The notes under the pieces: model-generated | The model's input: only the letters and a program-made list of their open reading frames with translations | Told to the model about the DNA's origin: nothing | The model's database searches: none | Made by a program: the position numbers and the translations under genes | Shown: positions 1 to 13,719 of the stretch, one piece after another | How the letters are laid out: each line of letters starts with the position of its first letter | Position numbering within the stretch: position 1 is the first letter of the stretch | NCBI GenBank assembly: GCA_002633005.1 | Contig: NMRA01000220.1 | Location: forward strand, 91,335 to 155,334 | Direction of reading: 5' to 3' | Length of the DNA: 64,000 nt | From: Phoronis australis | Lineage: Eukaryota; Animalia; Phoronida

Positions 1-1024
1 AACCACTGATTTCTTAATTGGAGTCGGGGTGTCCATTTGACGCCCTGGTCACCCTCTAGATGAAGGTCTGACCATACCTAACCTTGCACTCGTTCTGTTT
101 CATGGATAAGGCTCATTCCAAGGTATGTCAATGACCTTGCATTTTTCCCCCTCGGTGATTATTTTCTGGTGCATGGCCCTGTTACGGTGGTTGATAGCTT
201 TACCAGCGCACTTCACTCTTGGGTCGGGTGTCAAGTCAAAAAATACTTATGTTTGTATTGCATAAGGTGTCTAAACAAATAGGAACAATGTCAATTCAAG
301 TTTTATTAGAACACCCTGTACCACACTTGAGGATCAGCTTTTGATCATTTGTTCACTCTTGTATAGTAATTCATGTGACCCCTGGAATGACACAGACAGG
401 TTGCATAAGTTGCAGTTAACATCATTTGCTCTGTCTGTGAACTTAGAAAGTTTTCAAGTGTAGATTTGTGTATGAATAGATTATGCGGTTATCTCTGTAT
501 TTTTATTACCAAAGGTTCATCCAGAATTTCAAAATCGGGCATTCAAAATACCCCCAAGATTAGAATCACTTTTAACTCTCCGTTGGTGCAACCAGTGGGG
601 GGATATCCCATCACCCGAAAAAGTCCCCTCCCAGAAGGCACTTTCACCTTTACCCTCTGTTGAGCAAAGGCCGTGGATTATACAGGTGGTAGCCAATAAA
701 CAAAAAATACTGAAACGATCTGCATGGCTCATACTAGTTCGACAATTACAGTTTTCAAGAAAAAGATCAACTTTCGACAAAAGTAATGTTATTGTCAAGA
801 CATGCGAGGGATCTTAAAACACTAAGCTTACATATGGATGGAATTATTGATACCATGTTTTTGTAAATATTATAACCTCACTGTGTGAATGAACATTGTG
901 GGGGAGAATTTGCTCGGTAAAGAAACTTTGGAGTTGGCTAATTATGACGAGTCGGTCGATGGTGTCATGTGTGCCATTGAAATTTGATTAATTTCCACTG
1001 AAGATTGTCACATTTCTTTTCCAG

Positions 1025-1120
1025 GTTTCAAATGTCCAGTTTGTTCCAAGATGATTGCTCACGATGATATTGAGTGCCACCTAGTAATGTGCTTGACCAA
1101 ACCAAGAATTGACTACAACG
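1025..1120 (+). CDS. ZNRF2: ZNRF1/ZNRF2-like E3 ubiquitin ligase, internal exon (UBZ-type zinc finger)
   Basis: Acceptor tttccag|GT, donor ACG|gtgag. Encodes (G)FKCPVCSKMIAHDDIECHLVMCLTKPRIDYN, the ZNRF zinc-finger segment. Upstream exon(s) are not identified here. ZNRF1 versus ZNRF2 orthology cannot be resolved. Confidence 0.93.
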
Positions 1121-4009
1121 GTGAGATTACCTGGCATTACAAACTGTACTCTCTGTAGTAAATGCAGTGGATGCAGAGAAAATTTAATTAAATGTGACAG
1201 AACTTAAGTTTTAATTTCATTTGCATAATACTGTTTGCTTCTAGTGTTTTAAATGTGAGCAAAACCAAGTACTGGTAGTTAATGCTTTTTCAACTTTAAG
1301 GATATTTGTGAGTGTGCGCTTCTTGTTTTGAAAGCCAGTGTTGTTGGTTAATAATCAATCGTCAGCAATCTGATGTTTCTCTTTTGGGCAACAAAATTGG
1401 ATATTGAAATGCCTTGGAACTATTTGTTAGCTTTTAAATTCTTTTCAACCTGTGTTACCCTTGAATATTAAAAAATATTCATTTAAAGTCTTAGTTTTTT
1501 CATGTTTCTTAACTTGGAAGCAAATTCTGCTGGAGATAACTTACCATGTACTAAAGTTCTAATGCTGACTTAGTCATACCAAGTTTGAAGGGTGGTTGTG
1601 TGTATGACAGGAAAAATTCAGTAAAATGAAGTTATATTAAGGAATGTATTTTTACCAAAATACTGATGTAATCTTCTTGAAGAAACATTAGTACTTATTT
1701 AATGGTCCCTTAAATCGCAGATGTAAGCAAAGGTGTTAGGTTGTAAGGTAAGGTTCAAATTTGGTTCAGAAAATCTTGCGTGTTCGGTATGCCTTTGATC
1801 CCTGGATGTCTTTAAGTAAAAATGTGGGGAGCAGTATCGACAGAAGACATATAATACGCAGTCAGGGGTTGAATTCAAGAACTGGAAGGCTTTGAGAAGG
1901 TCTTCAAGGATTTTCTACGCTTTCTGTGAAATTTGAACCTGTCAAAACATGATGGTGATATTGTTGTAGAATGTGCTCAAATTTGATCTTTGCTAAAATA
2001 TTTTAGCTCACTTGCTCTTATGGATGAATTAAAACAGCTTATTCATAATGAGCACTTCAGCATTGACTTATTTTATTTGAGCAGCTGTTTTGAATTAATC
2101 ACTTGAAGCCAAATTGTTATTCCACCATCTGTATCTCCCTGAAGAATAACACAGTTCTGGGTCTTGTTCACTTGGCCTTTCTTGCTGTTGCCATGAACAG
2201 CAACAAAAATGAGGGCTAGTCGAAAGTGGTTATTGTTCAAAATATAGTTTTCAGTCATATTGGATGAAAAAAAAATAGTTGAAATTGAAAAACAATGTGA
2301 AGTACAGTTTCACTTGACCTATGGCGAAGAATGTAAGCATTGGTGAGAAGTGCGTAACTAATTTGTCTGGGCAGAGAATGATGCATTCTGATGCCAGCAG
2401 GTCAGACAAGTGAATGTGACAGTTGGACAAGTCATGTTGAAACCTTATTAATTTACAAACCAGTAATGTGTCAGAAAGCCCTGTTTGCTGTACAATTATT
2501 ACTTGTGTTATTTATTGATGCTGATGAGAGTTGCTAGGCTACTATACTCAATAACGTAATGAATCCTATTTAAACAATACCGTGAATTTCTGCAAACCGT
2601 TTCCCACTGAGGTATGTCCATGGGTCGATCTTTGGAAAATATTCCAAGTCTTGGCTGAACCACTAAAAGTTTTCAGGGTTTGTAAAGTTTCCCCTTTAAT
2701 TAGCAGCATCAAATTTATGGTCAGTAATTGGGTCAGTCAGTTGTTTTTGATGTTCATTTTTAATCCTGTCGTTTCTAGGAATATATAATTTGCTACTGAG
2801 CAAATGTCCATCATGTCCCGGCTGCTTTATTTTGTGTTTGCATTTTCCATTTAACTAAGTCCTGCATTTTCGAAAACATACTCGAGCTTACTTTTAGGTA
2901 CCACAAAGGTAAAAATGTGTCGCTTTCTGAATGTACAGGGGTTATTGTCAGAATATTCCCTGTTATGACAGTTATGGTAGTGACAAGTGACTTGTATACA
3001 ATGCGAAATTGCAATAAAATCAGCACACTGCATGTATATGAATTCATGAATAGGTTATCATACATCACACTTTATGAAATAGGGGACTGAGTTAAATCAC
3101 ATACTGGTGAGTACAGTAGTTCACCAGTCAAATCCAGTAAACCTATTGTAACAGATTGTTTGCATAGTTAGTATTAAAGTCTTAACCAAGAGCCATCAGT
3201 TGTCAATGTTTACAAAAGCGGTGTCATAGTACTAATCTTTGTTGAGATCTTGATGAACTTTCTTGGAACCTTTTGGCAATGAGCTGGTATAGCTGGTTGC
3301 TTTTGGTACAGCTACTTTTCATGCACTGGACCTGGCACAGTAATTGTACTGTGAATACTGGTTGTGGTGTTTGGCCACACTGTGTCAGACAACACGATTT
3401 GTTTATGCTGTGTGATTTCTTTCTGTGGTCACTACTTGAATGGTATTTTTGAAAGGGTCTGGTGTTTCTTGTCTTTAGCGGGGGTTGACATGGATTAGCT
3501 GACACTGAAGGAGTTGTTCCAGTGTGTAAAGGGGACTGACGCAGAGCAAATTGTTACCGTGGTTACAAATTTTGCCACCCGTTTGTGAGGTAGAGCAATT
3601 TGCGCCTGAACATCTTGCTCCATGTCAATGATATGTCTAAACACGAAACTGGGGCAAGGCGGAAAGGATCGTCTCTACTGCGCTTGCCTAATGACCTCTC
3701 TCGTCATTTGTAAACATGCGCATGTGCGATCCAGTCTCTCCAGCCTGCAATTTTCGTCTTGCCACGGTTAGTGAGTTGTGTGTGTAAACGGCTGCTTGAC
3801 ATGGGTCAATTTGCTCCGTGTCAGTTGAGCCGGGCCAAAAGTTGATGTCTAAACAGGACTTTTGGTATGAAATGCTGAACTTGGAGAGAATTTCTTTTGT
3901 TTATTTTATTGTGTTGCTTATGATTGATGTACTATTGGTGAAAAACTGAAACTGCATCATCTAGATTTTTTTGTTCTTTTCAAGGTCGTGTCCTCTGAAT
4001 AGCTTCTAT

Positions 4010-4430
4010 TTAAAGGTTATGTAGGACATTATTGACAAGTCCATACATTTAGCAGGATACCTACAAAACTATAGAATTTAATTCAGTAAAAGCATATATT
4101 TTATGAAAGTAGAATGTCTGAAGAATTTAATTATTTTTGACTTTTTACCTATTTGCCATTGGGTCACATGACCATGTCATTTTTATTAAAATTTTGGAAA
4201 AAAAATAGGCACAACCAAAGCAAAACAACTGGATAAATCAGTTGGACAAATTTCGCTTGCTATAAATGTTTAAGATATGATCTCAAAGACTATAGAGTTT
4301 GTTAAACTTCTAAATTATTGTTTTGTTTTCATCTTACTCTAGTTTTTTTCATAAAGTAAAATCCATATTTTTTACTTGCCCCTCATGGAAAAGTGGAACA
4401 ATTTCCTAAAATTGTACAAAGCATAGTTTC
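4010..4430 (+). repeat. Dispersed repeat starting TTAAAG (possible Kolobok-type non-autonomous DNA element fragment)
   Basis: Homologous in inverted orientation to ~13900-14199 (e.g. gaaagtagaatgtctgaagaatttaattatttttgactt versus the reverse complement of aagtcaaaaattaaatttttcaggctttctactttc). The superfamily is only a guess from the TTAA terminus. Confidence 0.5.
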
Positions 4431-4454
4431 GGAAAATTGATGACAGTTGACAAT

Positions 4455-5094
4455 GAGTTTCGAACTGATCTAACTACTGCTGTGTCACCTAGGGGCAATT
4501 TAGTTTTTATATTTGCCTCGGTAACAGATTTTCATGAAATTTGGAATATAGGTTTCTATTAAGGAGGTCACCTTCACATTTTTTGATAGATTTGACATAT
4601 TCTGCACCACCTAGTGGCCATTTAAAATAAATTGAGTTCGTTTGTTGGCGTCTGCTTCTCTGTTTCCCTAATTGTTCAAAGAATCATTATGAAAATTGAT
4701 AGATGTGTTCCTGGTGAGAACGTCACAGCTGTATTTAATTTTGGACAGGTTGGACTACTGTGGTCTCCCTGGTGGCATTTTTTTTGCCTTGGTGCTGTAT
4801 CTCCTTAACCTTTTAGCAGATGTGTTCTTGTAAAATTGGCAGCAAATAGTGGCAAGTTTCAGATCAATCCAGCTACTGCTTTGCCCCTAGTGACAATTTT
4901 ATTTTTCACTTTTGCCTCTGCATCTGCAGAGTTATTGATGCATTTTTGTGAAATTTTGCTATTTAAAAGATTACAATGCCTTTGCATTTTTGGACCGATA
5001 TTCTGTGCCATCCAGTGGCCATTTTTATGTATCCACATTTACATCAGGACTTGAAAACCTTGAAGAACCTTTTGATTGATAACAAGGCTCTTGT
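4455..5094 (+). mobile_element. HINE family 1, 5'-truncated degenerate copy in a ZNRF intron
   Basis: Carries the internal repeat motifs (ccacctagtggcc, cccctagtg, catgaaatttgg) and ends in gctcttgtt like the other copies. Confidence 0.7.
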
Positions 5095-5332
5095 TAGTTC
5101 GTCACGAGTGTTTTGTACAATGGGCCCAACCATGTAGCATGCGCACGTCTGATGTACTGCAAAAGATATTAGACCGCCTCTATTAAAATTTTGTTAGTAA
5201 AAAGTTGCTCTCAGGGAGACATCATTACTAAGCTTATTTATAATGGCTTTCATACATCCCTAGAAGCATACTGCTTGGGGTGCAGTCTTGGATGCATTAA
5301 TCAACGCTTTGCATTGCTTTTATCTATTTCAG

Positions 5333-5438
5333 AGGATGTGCTCACTGAAGACAAAGGCGAGTGTGTCATCTGTTTTGAGGAGTTGATGCAAGGGGACACC
5401 ATAGCACGTCTACCGTGTCTCTGTGTATATCACAAGGG
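5333..5438 (+). CDS. ZNRF2: ZNRF-like exon, RING-H2 N-terminal part
   Basis: tatttcag|AG...AAGGG|gtaggt. Encodes EDVLTEDKGECVICFEELMQGDTIARLPCLCVYHK; phases match both flanking exons. Confidence 0.95.
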
Positions 5439-5996
5439 GTAGGTTAAGTAGTTTAAAATCACGAAATTATACGAGAATATTGTAAAAGTGCTTTCTTTGC
5501 CATCAGGAAGTTAACTTCACCTGATGTCTTTTGCGGTAACACTTGTCAGTCTTTGAAAAATTAAAAAAAATTGCCAGACAGTTGTTTTTGTAACTGGAAG
5601 GGCTTGTCCTCTATGGGTGGACAGTGTGTTCAGGTAAACGTTCCTAACTTAAGGTGTCTTTCCAGTGGTCTGACGCAGCTCAAACACCTTGCAGTGAGAG
5701 AACAAACATTCACTGGGTGCTATGGGATTATATAAACAGTTCTCTTTTTGGTATAGAAGTAGAGTGAGAGTGGTCAAGTGTTCACATGCACATCTCTGAC
5801 AGATCTTTGGTGTTACAATTGGGCTCCTAATGACAGTTTTCAAAGGAAAACATGTTTAAACCCTGTAAACAGCATGCTGGCGTTGATTTTACGTTTTCAT
5901 TTTGACTGTTTTTGTTGTGTCTATAAGGAGGTCCCTTCTTAATCTGCCTGTGTATGAATCAAAAGTGCAGAGAGAACTTACTGTGGACATTTAGGC

Positions 5997-6099
5997 TATA
6001 GTCCATTACAAGGGTGCTGAATTTTGAGAACCAGTTTGATGTCCATTATTCAGTGGAGAAAACTGGTTCTCAGAATGCGGGACCCCTGTAAGTGACTAT
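5997..6099. repeat. ~100-bp palindromic mini-element
   Basis: atagtccattacaagggt...ttttgagaaccagttt pairs with aaactggttctcagaat...acccctgtaagtgactat. Confidence 0.65.
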
Positions 6100-6822
6100 T
6101 AACATTCGTGCTGGCGAACCCTTGCTTCACTAGCGCCACTCTCATTGTGAACTTTGTGCTTCCTGTTATGCCATGTCAGTGATGTTGTTGATTTGATTGA
6201 CTGGCTTGTACATTTCAACAAGCTTGTAATTGCCTATAGTATACTAATGCTGATTGTCTCAGCTGAATGTCGAGTCTTGTCCATGGAGAATATGGAGTCT
6301 ACGCTTACATGCTTTGGATAATTTGTTAAATGTTTTCACAACTTCACATCTTGGGACTGTTTCTGGGATTGCTTGGTTGAAATTGTAGTTGGGTGGAAAA
6401 TAAATGATTTAGAAGCAGTTTTCTAAAATACGCTCGAGAACCGTTGCATACACGTGGTCAATTAATATTAAGTTTTTCAGGAAAAACATGAAGAAATAGT
6501 TTGTGTTAATGTGTAATTTAAATTTTTGTCATTGTTGCAAAAATCATATCGTGTGATTTGTGACTAAATATTCTAAGAAAGTGTCTTACGTTTTATAGCA
6601 AAGCCATTACAAACATGATTTATTTAGCAAGATCACATATTTGGCAAAGTATGCAACTCGTTATAAAGAAGAGTTGACACCATGCCAATTGAGGAGATTT
6701 TCCAGCTTATTGTGAGTGTTACCATTGTTTAGTCTTATGAATTAAGGATTGGTGTTGCAACTTATGAATGCTTGCTGTTCCTTTGTCACTAAAATAAATC
6801 TTGATTGCTTGCTTGTTTTCAG

Positions 6823-6880
6823 ATGTATTGATTCTTGGTTTAAAGTCAACAGATCATGTCCAGAACACCCATCAGACTAA
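6823..6880 (+). CDS. ZNRF2: ZNRF-like terminal coding exon
   Basis: gttttcag|A TGT...; completes GCIDSWFKVNRSCPEHPSD*, the canonical ZNRF C-terminus. TAA ends at 6880. Confidence 0.95.
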
Positions 6881-7578
6881 AGATGGGAAATATTGACGAT
6901 ATCACTTAATAATGTTGGCAAACACTGACTTATTGGAAATGAGTCTCGCAAATCACAGATGCAGACGGATACTATATATTTTCTACATACTTGCTGGAGA
7001 TTATCCGTCGTTGCTGGTTGGAATTTCCAATGATCGTAGCAGTAATTGGAAATATAAATGAAAGAAACTAACCAAGATGACTGATCTTTATGAGGTTACA
7101 AGCAATAATGAGCATCAAGCAATGGGAAGGCTATGAACCATTGATTTTTGTATTTAGTCTCTGGTTGTTTTCAGCGCTTTATTATGTATTAATTTTCGGT
7201 ACTCAGCAGGTGTACCATCATACATTTACCTATTGGTTTGTAACATGAAATGTTATTTCCTTTATGGGTTTTGATTAAAAAGGGCGGGCGGTAGGTGGAA
7301 CTATTTTCTTAAGGGGTGATACTGATGTGACCTGATGCAGCACTTTACTAGTTGTGTTGTTTGATTGTTTTTGTTTAATGCTGAGAGATGTCGTATTTAT
7401 TACTTGGTTGTTAGAGTGGAGTAGTCTTGCTGTGATTGAAGGGTTTACTTCTATTTTTAGAAACTTCAGTCGAAGTTGCTGGAAATGTTCGACAAAACTA
7501 ACACGTGATGCAGTTGTTTTTAGTACTCTAAACTACAGTGTTTGATGCCTCCTTGTGAGTAAAGCTGTAGAAACTAGG

Positions 7579-8801
7579 TTTTTATGTGCCCACATATTTA
7601 TATGTGGGCACATTATGCTGTCATCCCTGTTTATCTTGTGTCCGTCCATCCGCTGCTCTATCTCCGAAACCCTTTGATGTTTGTTCATGAAATTTTGCAC
7701 ATTTGTTCCTTTTATGGATGGGACGACATGAGCATACTTTCGAACAGATCCAATTACCAGTGTACCTGGTACCTCTGTATCTTCAAAGGTCCTCAATGGA
7801 TTTTCATAAAATTTGGTAGGTAGGCATCTATTAGTGAGATGATGCTATCCTCCCGTTTTTGGATTGATTCAAGCTATTGTGCATCCTCTAGTGGTCATTT
7901 TTACTGTTTTCGAGTCTATTTTTCGGCGTCAGCCCTCTATCAATCCAACCACTCTAAGGATGAAAATTGGCATAATATATGTTCCTACTGTGAAGAGGAC
8001 GGCTGACGACTTCGACTATTATGGTGCACCACCTAGTGGCAGTTTTATTTTTTTGCTCCTGTGGCTGTATCTCCTAGTAAACCCTCAGCAGCATCTTTAT
8101 TACATTTAGCAAGTCAAGTGTATTTATATGAAGTTGGCAATGGACGGTGACGGCTTTTGGATGGATCCGATGAACGCTGTGCACCATAGTGGCAATTTCA
8201 TTTTTTTCTGTTTTCCAGCAGGTTTATGATATCACAGTCTCCATCCTTTTTGTTATGGATTCTACATATTCTGTACTAACTAGTGGCTTTTTTTAATAAT
8301 TTTTAGTTTGTTTATTGTCGTCTGCTTCTGTATCTGCCAAACCATGCAAAGGATCATTATGAAAATTAACAGATGTGTTCCTAGTGACAAGAGCACGACT
8401 GGTGTGGATTTTCAAACGGATCTAACTACTCCGGTGCCCCCTAGTGAAATTTTTTGCTTGTACGGCTGTATCTTTTAAACCACTTGCAAGATGATTTTGA
8501 AATTTTGCAATATTATATTCCTATTTACTTGACAGCAGATGGATGGATTCGAGTACTGCTGTAGTTCCTGATGGCTTTTGTTTTTTACGTTTGCCTTTGT
8601 ATGTTTGCAGCTCTTTGGATTTTCATGAAATTTGGCAAATAATTTTGAGACAATGACGACGACAGCTTCTCATTTTTCTTAGGGTTCAATGCATTCTGCG
8701 GCATCTAATGGCCATTTTTTATGATGCAAATAAACACCCCTGGGAGTACACCATTTGCGGTGAAGTCGTGGGCGCATTTCAACGCACCGCGTTGCTCTTG
8801 T
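7579..8801 (+). mobile_element. HINE family 1 (Helentron/DINE-1-like non-autonomous element), full-length copy
   Basis: 5' T-run plus palindrome atgtgcccacata-tta-tatgtgggcacat, gtccgtccatcc microsatellite-like patch, internal tandem repeats, 3' subTIR gtgggcgcat, hairpin caacgc-acc-gcgttg, terminal ctcttgt. No TSD seen. Confidence 0.8.
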
Positions 8802-8900
8802 ATACAATTTTATGAGTAGACATAAGCTTCCAGCAGAAATGTGCTTTCAAATGCTTTTCATTAATTGTGCTGTCTATTTGTTCAGCACAAATGTTTTCAT

Positions 8901-9147
8901 CATGCATGCACCCAGCCTTTAATATGTGGGGGCTCGAATAACTGGCGATGTGGCCCTGTTGCTGACAAACAAGCGGTAGGACTAAAAAAATGGGGTACCA
9001 CCTTCACTGTGCGTCTGCGCCTTTTTAGTGGACTTTTGTCTCGTTATCTCAGCCTTTTTGTTTCTCTGAGGCGGACCTTTTTGCCCACTTCGCCAAATGG
9101 GGGGGGGCTCATTTGAGGCGCCCGAGCTCCCCCTGGGTGCGTGCATG
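8901..9147 (+). mobile_element. MITE family with CATGCGCGCACCCAG-type TIRs
   Basis: TIRs catgcatgcacccag and ctgggtgcgtgcatg (14/15). The interior is shared with the copies at 57.6, 59.7, 60.2-60.6 and 62.6 kb. Confidence 0.8.
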
Positions 9148-12100
9148 TTCAGTAACACCTATTAGTTTTGCCTCAGAGTTTTACCATATATTTTGCAAGT
9201 GTGGCTACTAGTTAGGCCAAAAAGCATAGCTGGTTTGGGTTTGTTTTTTGAAAAATTGTGCAACAGTGCAGAATTTTCTTAGTTTTCAACTTTTCACAAA
9301 AAATCTGCTTGAGGTGAGCAAAAGTTCGTGCTAAGCACTGGATCATATTGACATGATTCGTCGAACCGCATCTCGAGCGACTTTTAAAAAAGGTGAAAAC
9401 TGGCTGAAGTTGATGCGGGCAGGTACTATTTTCTCTAAGTAGTGAGGTGCAAGTTGTAAAATGAGTCAGGGTGCAGACCAGAACCAGCTGCGGTTTTTGG
9501 CCGTACATTGAATTTCTTCACTCCTTATATCCGTGGTTGTTACTAATTGACCTCAGCATTCAGAGTGCATGTGTCTACATGTGACGTGCACTGTCCAGAT
9601 GACAAATTGTCACTGGATCATGTTGGCCAGATCAATCGCGTGTCCTGTGACCTACCTGCATCTGATTACAAGGCAGCACTGCACCAGCAAATTGTCCCTG
9701 CCAGACAGATGTTTTGTTTCTTTGAATGCAAATTCCATTATCCTGATACGTTAATTGAACAACTGAATATCTGTTCATTACTTGTCCACTGGTCGTTTTC
9801 CCTTGAGTTAAAGTTTGAAATGACAGATTTTACACTTTTTGGTGGATGAGGTGCTATACTCATAGATGGTGTTTTCGAAACTTGAAATGGTGCAGAGTGT
9901 TGCGTCTGTATCTGCTGTCACACCTGGGTGTATAACAGTGAACAAACATTCAGGAAACCTTGGATACCTGTGTTGGCTGGGTATGGGGAGACCAGTTGGA
10001 TCTGTGACTGAATGTGTATCTTCCTTCATGTAGAATCAATGGATTTGGGAAAGTTTAACTGTCTGGGAAACTTTTATGAATGATAGAGTGACCACTGCTG
10101 CCACCTGTCTCTAATATTGATCCTACTTTTTGCAAGGCTGCTAAGTGTCTTTTGAAGTGAACACAGACTTCAGGTGTTTTGGAAAATCACCGAATGTATT
10201 GGACAGGAGTGACTTGGTGTACGTAGAGGCTGAATCATTTCCATAATTCGTGTACAGCTCTCTGATTATCACAGTTTTGTCATAATTTCACGTTTCAAAA
10301 ATGCTTATATTTGACAAATTTGGCACCCATCCTCAATTTGTTCAATCGAAATTGCTTTGACTGTGCCTGTTTCTTTATCAACGCTTGTTTCATTGAATTT
10401 TGCTCCCAAAACGTGTGAATCTTTCACCTTTGAGTAACAGTTGGTGAACGATTTAATGGTGCCTTATTCGGGTTGGAAAATGCTTGCAGTCACCTACTAT
10501 ATTTTATTCGACTCTATCACGCACATTTAGCTCAATTGAACACTTGGGAAATGCGCATGGATTTGTAAAAATTTTTTTAGATGCAAGTACTTGCCCACCA
10601 ATTTTTGAGTTAAACAATTTCATCTGTCTGGGTGTTAATTCAGACAAGTAAGATATTTGCAGATTTCAGTATGACATTGTGCTGTCAAAAGTGAGGGTAA
10701 AACTTAAACACTAATACATAATTTGTTGGTGACAAAAATTAGCCAGCGTGCAACTACTGTTGACTTGTTGGTGACTATCCTTTGCATCGCTATGCTAGCT
10801 GGAAAGAAATGGCTTCTCTTGACAATTTTCCGTAACATCCTATTTTCTGTGCCCAAGTCATTGAATTCCTGACTTCATTTTTAAAGCGTCTCGAGCATAT
10901 CACTAGATGCTGTATCAGAGGTCTGTCCAGGATTTCAAAAATAGATCATCTAAAATGGTTCTCCCAATTTATAGGCATCCGTGATCAATGATGTGTGACA
11001 GCGTTTGTAGGACCACCTAGTCAAATTGCTGTTAGTGTGGCATGTTACCAGGGATACACGTGTTAGCAATAAAGTTTATAGTATCTTTATCATTTCTTAA
11101 CAAACTTTTTTATTCTGAACTTTCCAATGAGCTCCAAGAGCCAATGTTATGGAGTTAAAGAGATACCAAATGCTTTCTATCTTACTTTACGTCCAAATGC
11201 GGAGCAGGGCAACTAAATGCTTAAAGGGCGTCCTAACAAGCGTGCAAATATGAGTGGGGCTGTTTGTTAGGACCCCTGTTAGATTAAGGCTCGACAGGGA
11301 GTAATGGCGACAAGTGTTCAATATAGTCTACCATCTCATGTTTGGATTAAAGTAGTGGCTGGCAACACAATGCCTTGACTTTACTGTCCAGAAAGTTGGG
11401 CATTGTGTTGTAGGCTTCGTAAACTCAACAGTTCAGAGTACGTCCAGAAATGAAGCATGCAAAGTAAATTATGGGAGTGCACTATTTCGGACAACCTGAG
11501 CAGCATTGCGTTTGTCTTTAGCACCTGTGTGTAGGGTGTCGCCTGCAATTACTTCTAAAGCCTATATCGGAGGGTATCATAAGTGCTTTGGTGGCCTGTA
11601 CTTATGATTTTCTGTTTCATTGACTCTGTATTCGGATATTTTATTTTACTGTAGTTGTCTAGCTCACAGTTTGTTTATTGTACTTTAATGTTGTTATTAC
11701 ATATGAAGTCGTTAAAGATCGAATCGTGTCGAAGTGAAATTTAGTTTGCTATTTTTTCTGTTTCTTCAATCACTGTGGGAAGTCGTTGGTATTTGCTGTT
11801 TTGTCTTATGTTTCATAACTTTTTTACCTAGTGTATAACCATGCTTAAACTGTGTCAGCGGTCCACCCAATGGTGCCCCTGGTAAGAGTACAAGATTGTC
11901 AAATTATGCTGAAATTATGTTTTACTATTCATGGAAATGCCTCTAGTTTTCGCTGCCTTTACAAAATCTGCTTGAGAAAATTGTCGAAATACTTAGCCAA
12001 CTGTGTCACAATTTATTGAGGGAGGAGTAAAGATTATTCCATTTGGGAAACAATGTGATAGAGAGTTAGGATTTTATTTCAAGTCGGAACTTTCAACAAA

Positions 12101-13719
12101 AATACTAAATGGTTAGAAAGGTTCATGTTGTTCACATACTTAATGTTTTATGAGCTGTTTTCAAAAATGTTTTGGTAAAACTGTGGGCATTTGTTGCAGT
12201 GATAGATCCAATCAAGTGAGCAATCCAAAATGGAAGAATCTTAATTGGTCAGTAAAACTGTTACATGAACTTTGCTGTAACCAGATCACAACTTGTTTAC
12301 AATACAAAATTGTGTTTTGTTAAATTTCTCCTCAAAATTAAATATCAAGAAAAGTTTAGACTATTGCTAACATGGTTTGTATTGTGAAGAATGTGCTAAA
12401 CAACATTTAGTTAATTTTCTATTATGGCAAGACAAGCAGCCTTTTAATAGTGAAAATTGACAATTTTGGCAGTTATTTTTGAGTGAAATAAAAGTGGAAA
12501 TTCACATATAAATACCACGCATGTTGTAGCAAGGCTTGCCTGGTACAGTTGTCAACATTTTGATTGACGTCTTGCTAAGCAATTAGTTAGAAGGATACTA
12601 AACAATGTTTTAGCCTGTCATCAGATATTAGCTACTTCTAGATCACTTTTTTTTGCTTAAAAGCAGTTTCATGTACGCAACTTGCATTCAGTCCAAGGAG
12701 TCAACTTCTGAATTTAAACTGCTACCACTATAAAATATGTCTCAACTTGTGATTCTTACTCACATGAGAATTGATTTTTGAATATGCAAAGAACTGGGAG
12801 TTCATTATTCCTCAAGACCTTGCTCGGTGCATGACGTGCCGTGACAAGCCAACTTGATACTGGTCTCCAGTGATAACGTGTTGTCAGTTCTTTCAAAGCC
12901 CTGAAATTGCCTCCAATTTGACATGAGAATAATTTGAGACTAATATCATTACAATAAAGTAGTATAAATTAAGTTGGTTTTATGATGGATGGCATGTTTA
13001 TATCCTCCTCAAGTCTTGAAACAAAATAATGCTCTTACCATCGTTAGCCCTCAAAGTTTAGAGCACACCTTTATAGTGAGTACTCCTTTCACTGCTATAT
13101 GGGTAAGCATGGGCAAAGTTAGAGGAAAATTTATTTAGCTGACTGCTGTAGGGAAAGAGTTGGGATCTTTTGCACCACAGCATTCAATTTGTGATGTAGT
13201 GAGGATGTGTTCAGATCCAGTAATACTTTTTGTCTCTTGTAGGAACTATTGTACAATAGCAGGTGACTGAACTAGCTTTGGATGAAATCATTAATGCAGG
13301 GTTTTGTATACTTTTACAATTACCTCACAAAAAATTAACCTGAGGTGTATTCATGACATTCAGTGCAGTTGCCATCATTAACCATTTCACAGTGTGCTGT
13401 TTATATTTTATTTTTAGGTATTAAGCACTTAAGTTTATCTAAAAGCTGTAAAATTGTGTTTACGGAGTGGTGGAGCCGTTTGGCACGTTGAAGCTGTGTA
13501 CTGGTGTAACAAGATGCTATGGTTTTATGTACTCTCGTTTTGAAACATATTAAAGAAAACATGTTTCACGTCATGGTTTTTCTTGCACGGCAGCACGCCA
13601 TGTATTTTCACACAGTTTTATACCAATTTTTAGTGCGGTGTCCTATTGGGTATTCTAATTTTTAAAGTAATGTACATAGATACTGTAGGACCTTGGCAAA
13701 ATGTGCAATATGGCAATTT

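Larger units (their letters stand above)
6881..13570 (+). other. Possible long 3' UTR of the ZNRF gene
   Basis: T-rich + strand with no recognisable coding exons. Candidate polyA signals include AATAAA 12953-12958 and ATTAAA 13549-13554, the latter followed by GT/T-rich sequence. The true end is unknown. Confidence 0.35.

Noticed and set aside
1-122. Donor-like CAAG|gtatgt suggesting an upstream ZNRF exon
   Set aside because: The frame needed to join exon 1025 has a TAA four codons before the donor, and the sequence shows no ZNRF-like peptide.
3505-3862. Possible Harbinger-type MITE with GTGTAAAC/GTCTAAAC motifs
   Set aside because: Only one plausible terminus and no TSD or second copy in the window.
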